A stretch of DNA of 64,000 nt from Octopus sinensis (lineage: Eukaryota). A program made the position numbers and the translations under genes. Position 1 is the stretch's first letter; each line of letters opens with the position of its first letter. Below the pieces are notes generated by a model. That model was given only the letters and a program-made list of their open reading frames with translations. It did not search any database and was not told the origin of the DNA. Of this stretch, positions 63,424-64,000 are shown in pieces. The stretch covers positions 32,211 through 96,210 of the forward strand of contig NW_021832855.1 of NCBI RefSeq assembly GCF_006345805.1, read 5' to 3'.

Positions 63424-63662
63424 CAGGGGTCACCAAACTACGGCCCGCGAGGTCAGTTTATCTGGCCCGCCGCCGCACTGTACCTTTTGTGTAAATACCT
63501 GCATTGAGAGATCGTTCTTGCTGTGGTCGCTTTTTAACTTGCATTAGCGTGTTTAAAAATTCTCTTCGCGAGAATGTTTGCTGAAAATTAATCTATCACT
63601 CGTACAAGTTACAAAATACTGCGGAGCAAGGAACACCGTTTCCTGGCGAAAACTTCAACAAA
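63424..63662 (+). mobile_element. Second copy of the same hAT family (5-prime end), interrupted by a SINE at 63663
   Basis: Starts CAGGGGTCACCAAACTACGGCCCGCGAGG and aligns to the reverse complement of about 4100-4339. Confidence 0.85.
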
Positions 63663-64000
63663 GGCGCAGGAGTGGCTGTGTGGTAAGTAGCTTGCTAACC
63701 AACCACAAGGTTCTGGGTTCAGTCCCACTGCGTGGCATCTTGGGCAAGTGTCTTCTGCTATAGCCCCGGGCCGACCAATGCCTTGTGAGTGGATTTGGTA
63801 GACGGAAACTGAAAGAAGCCTGTCGTATATATGTATATATATATAAGTGTGTGTGTATATGTTTGTGTGTCTGTGTTTGTCCCCCTAGGGCTAGTATGTT
63901 TATGTCCCCGTCACTTAGCGGTTCGGCAAAAGAGATCGATAGAATAAGTACTGGGCTTACAAAGAATAAGTCCCGGGGTCGATTTGCTCGACTAAAGGCG
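63663..64000 (+). mobile_element. Dominant SINE copy running off the window
   Basis: Near-identical to 5206 onward. Confidence 0.9.

Overview
AT-rich, repeat-saturated animal DNA. The SINE, microsatellite and MITE complement looks like an octopus/cephalopod genome (inference, not verified). One protein-coding gene is reconstructable: a minus-strand, 3-coding-exon ankyrin-repeat + SOCS-box (ASB-like) gene at 32714-31631, 12148-11953 and 6359-6056, giving 527 aa with phase-compatible GT-AG junctions. The rest is transposon-derived: a hAT (Charlie/Buster-type) element with 8-bp TSD plus the end of a second copy; mariner, RTE, CR1/L2, Tx1/L1 and Hero-like RLE fragments; non-autonomous Helitrons; TTAA-flanked piggyBac-like MITE arrays; a long-TIR element with 8-bp TSD; about 25 copies of one tRNA-derived SINE and several other SINE families; and mini/microsatellites. 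The most unusual signal is a set of TA-microsatellite-anchored fold-back palindromes. Several carry minimal type I hammerhead-ribozyme motifs of the kind known from Penelope-like retroelements, including a tandem dimer of hairpins with four ribozyme motifs inside intron 1 of the gene. Most ORFs in the supplied track are artefacts of microsatellites or SINEs. Repeat boundaries are approximate unless a TSD or terminus is quoted.
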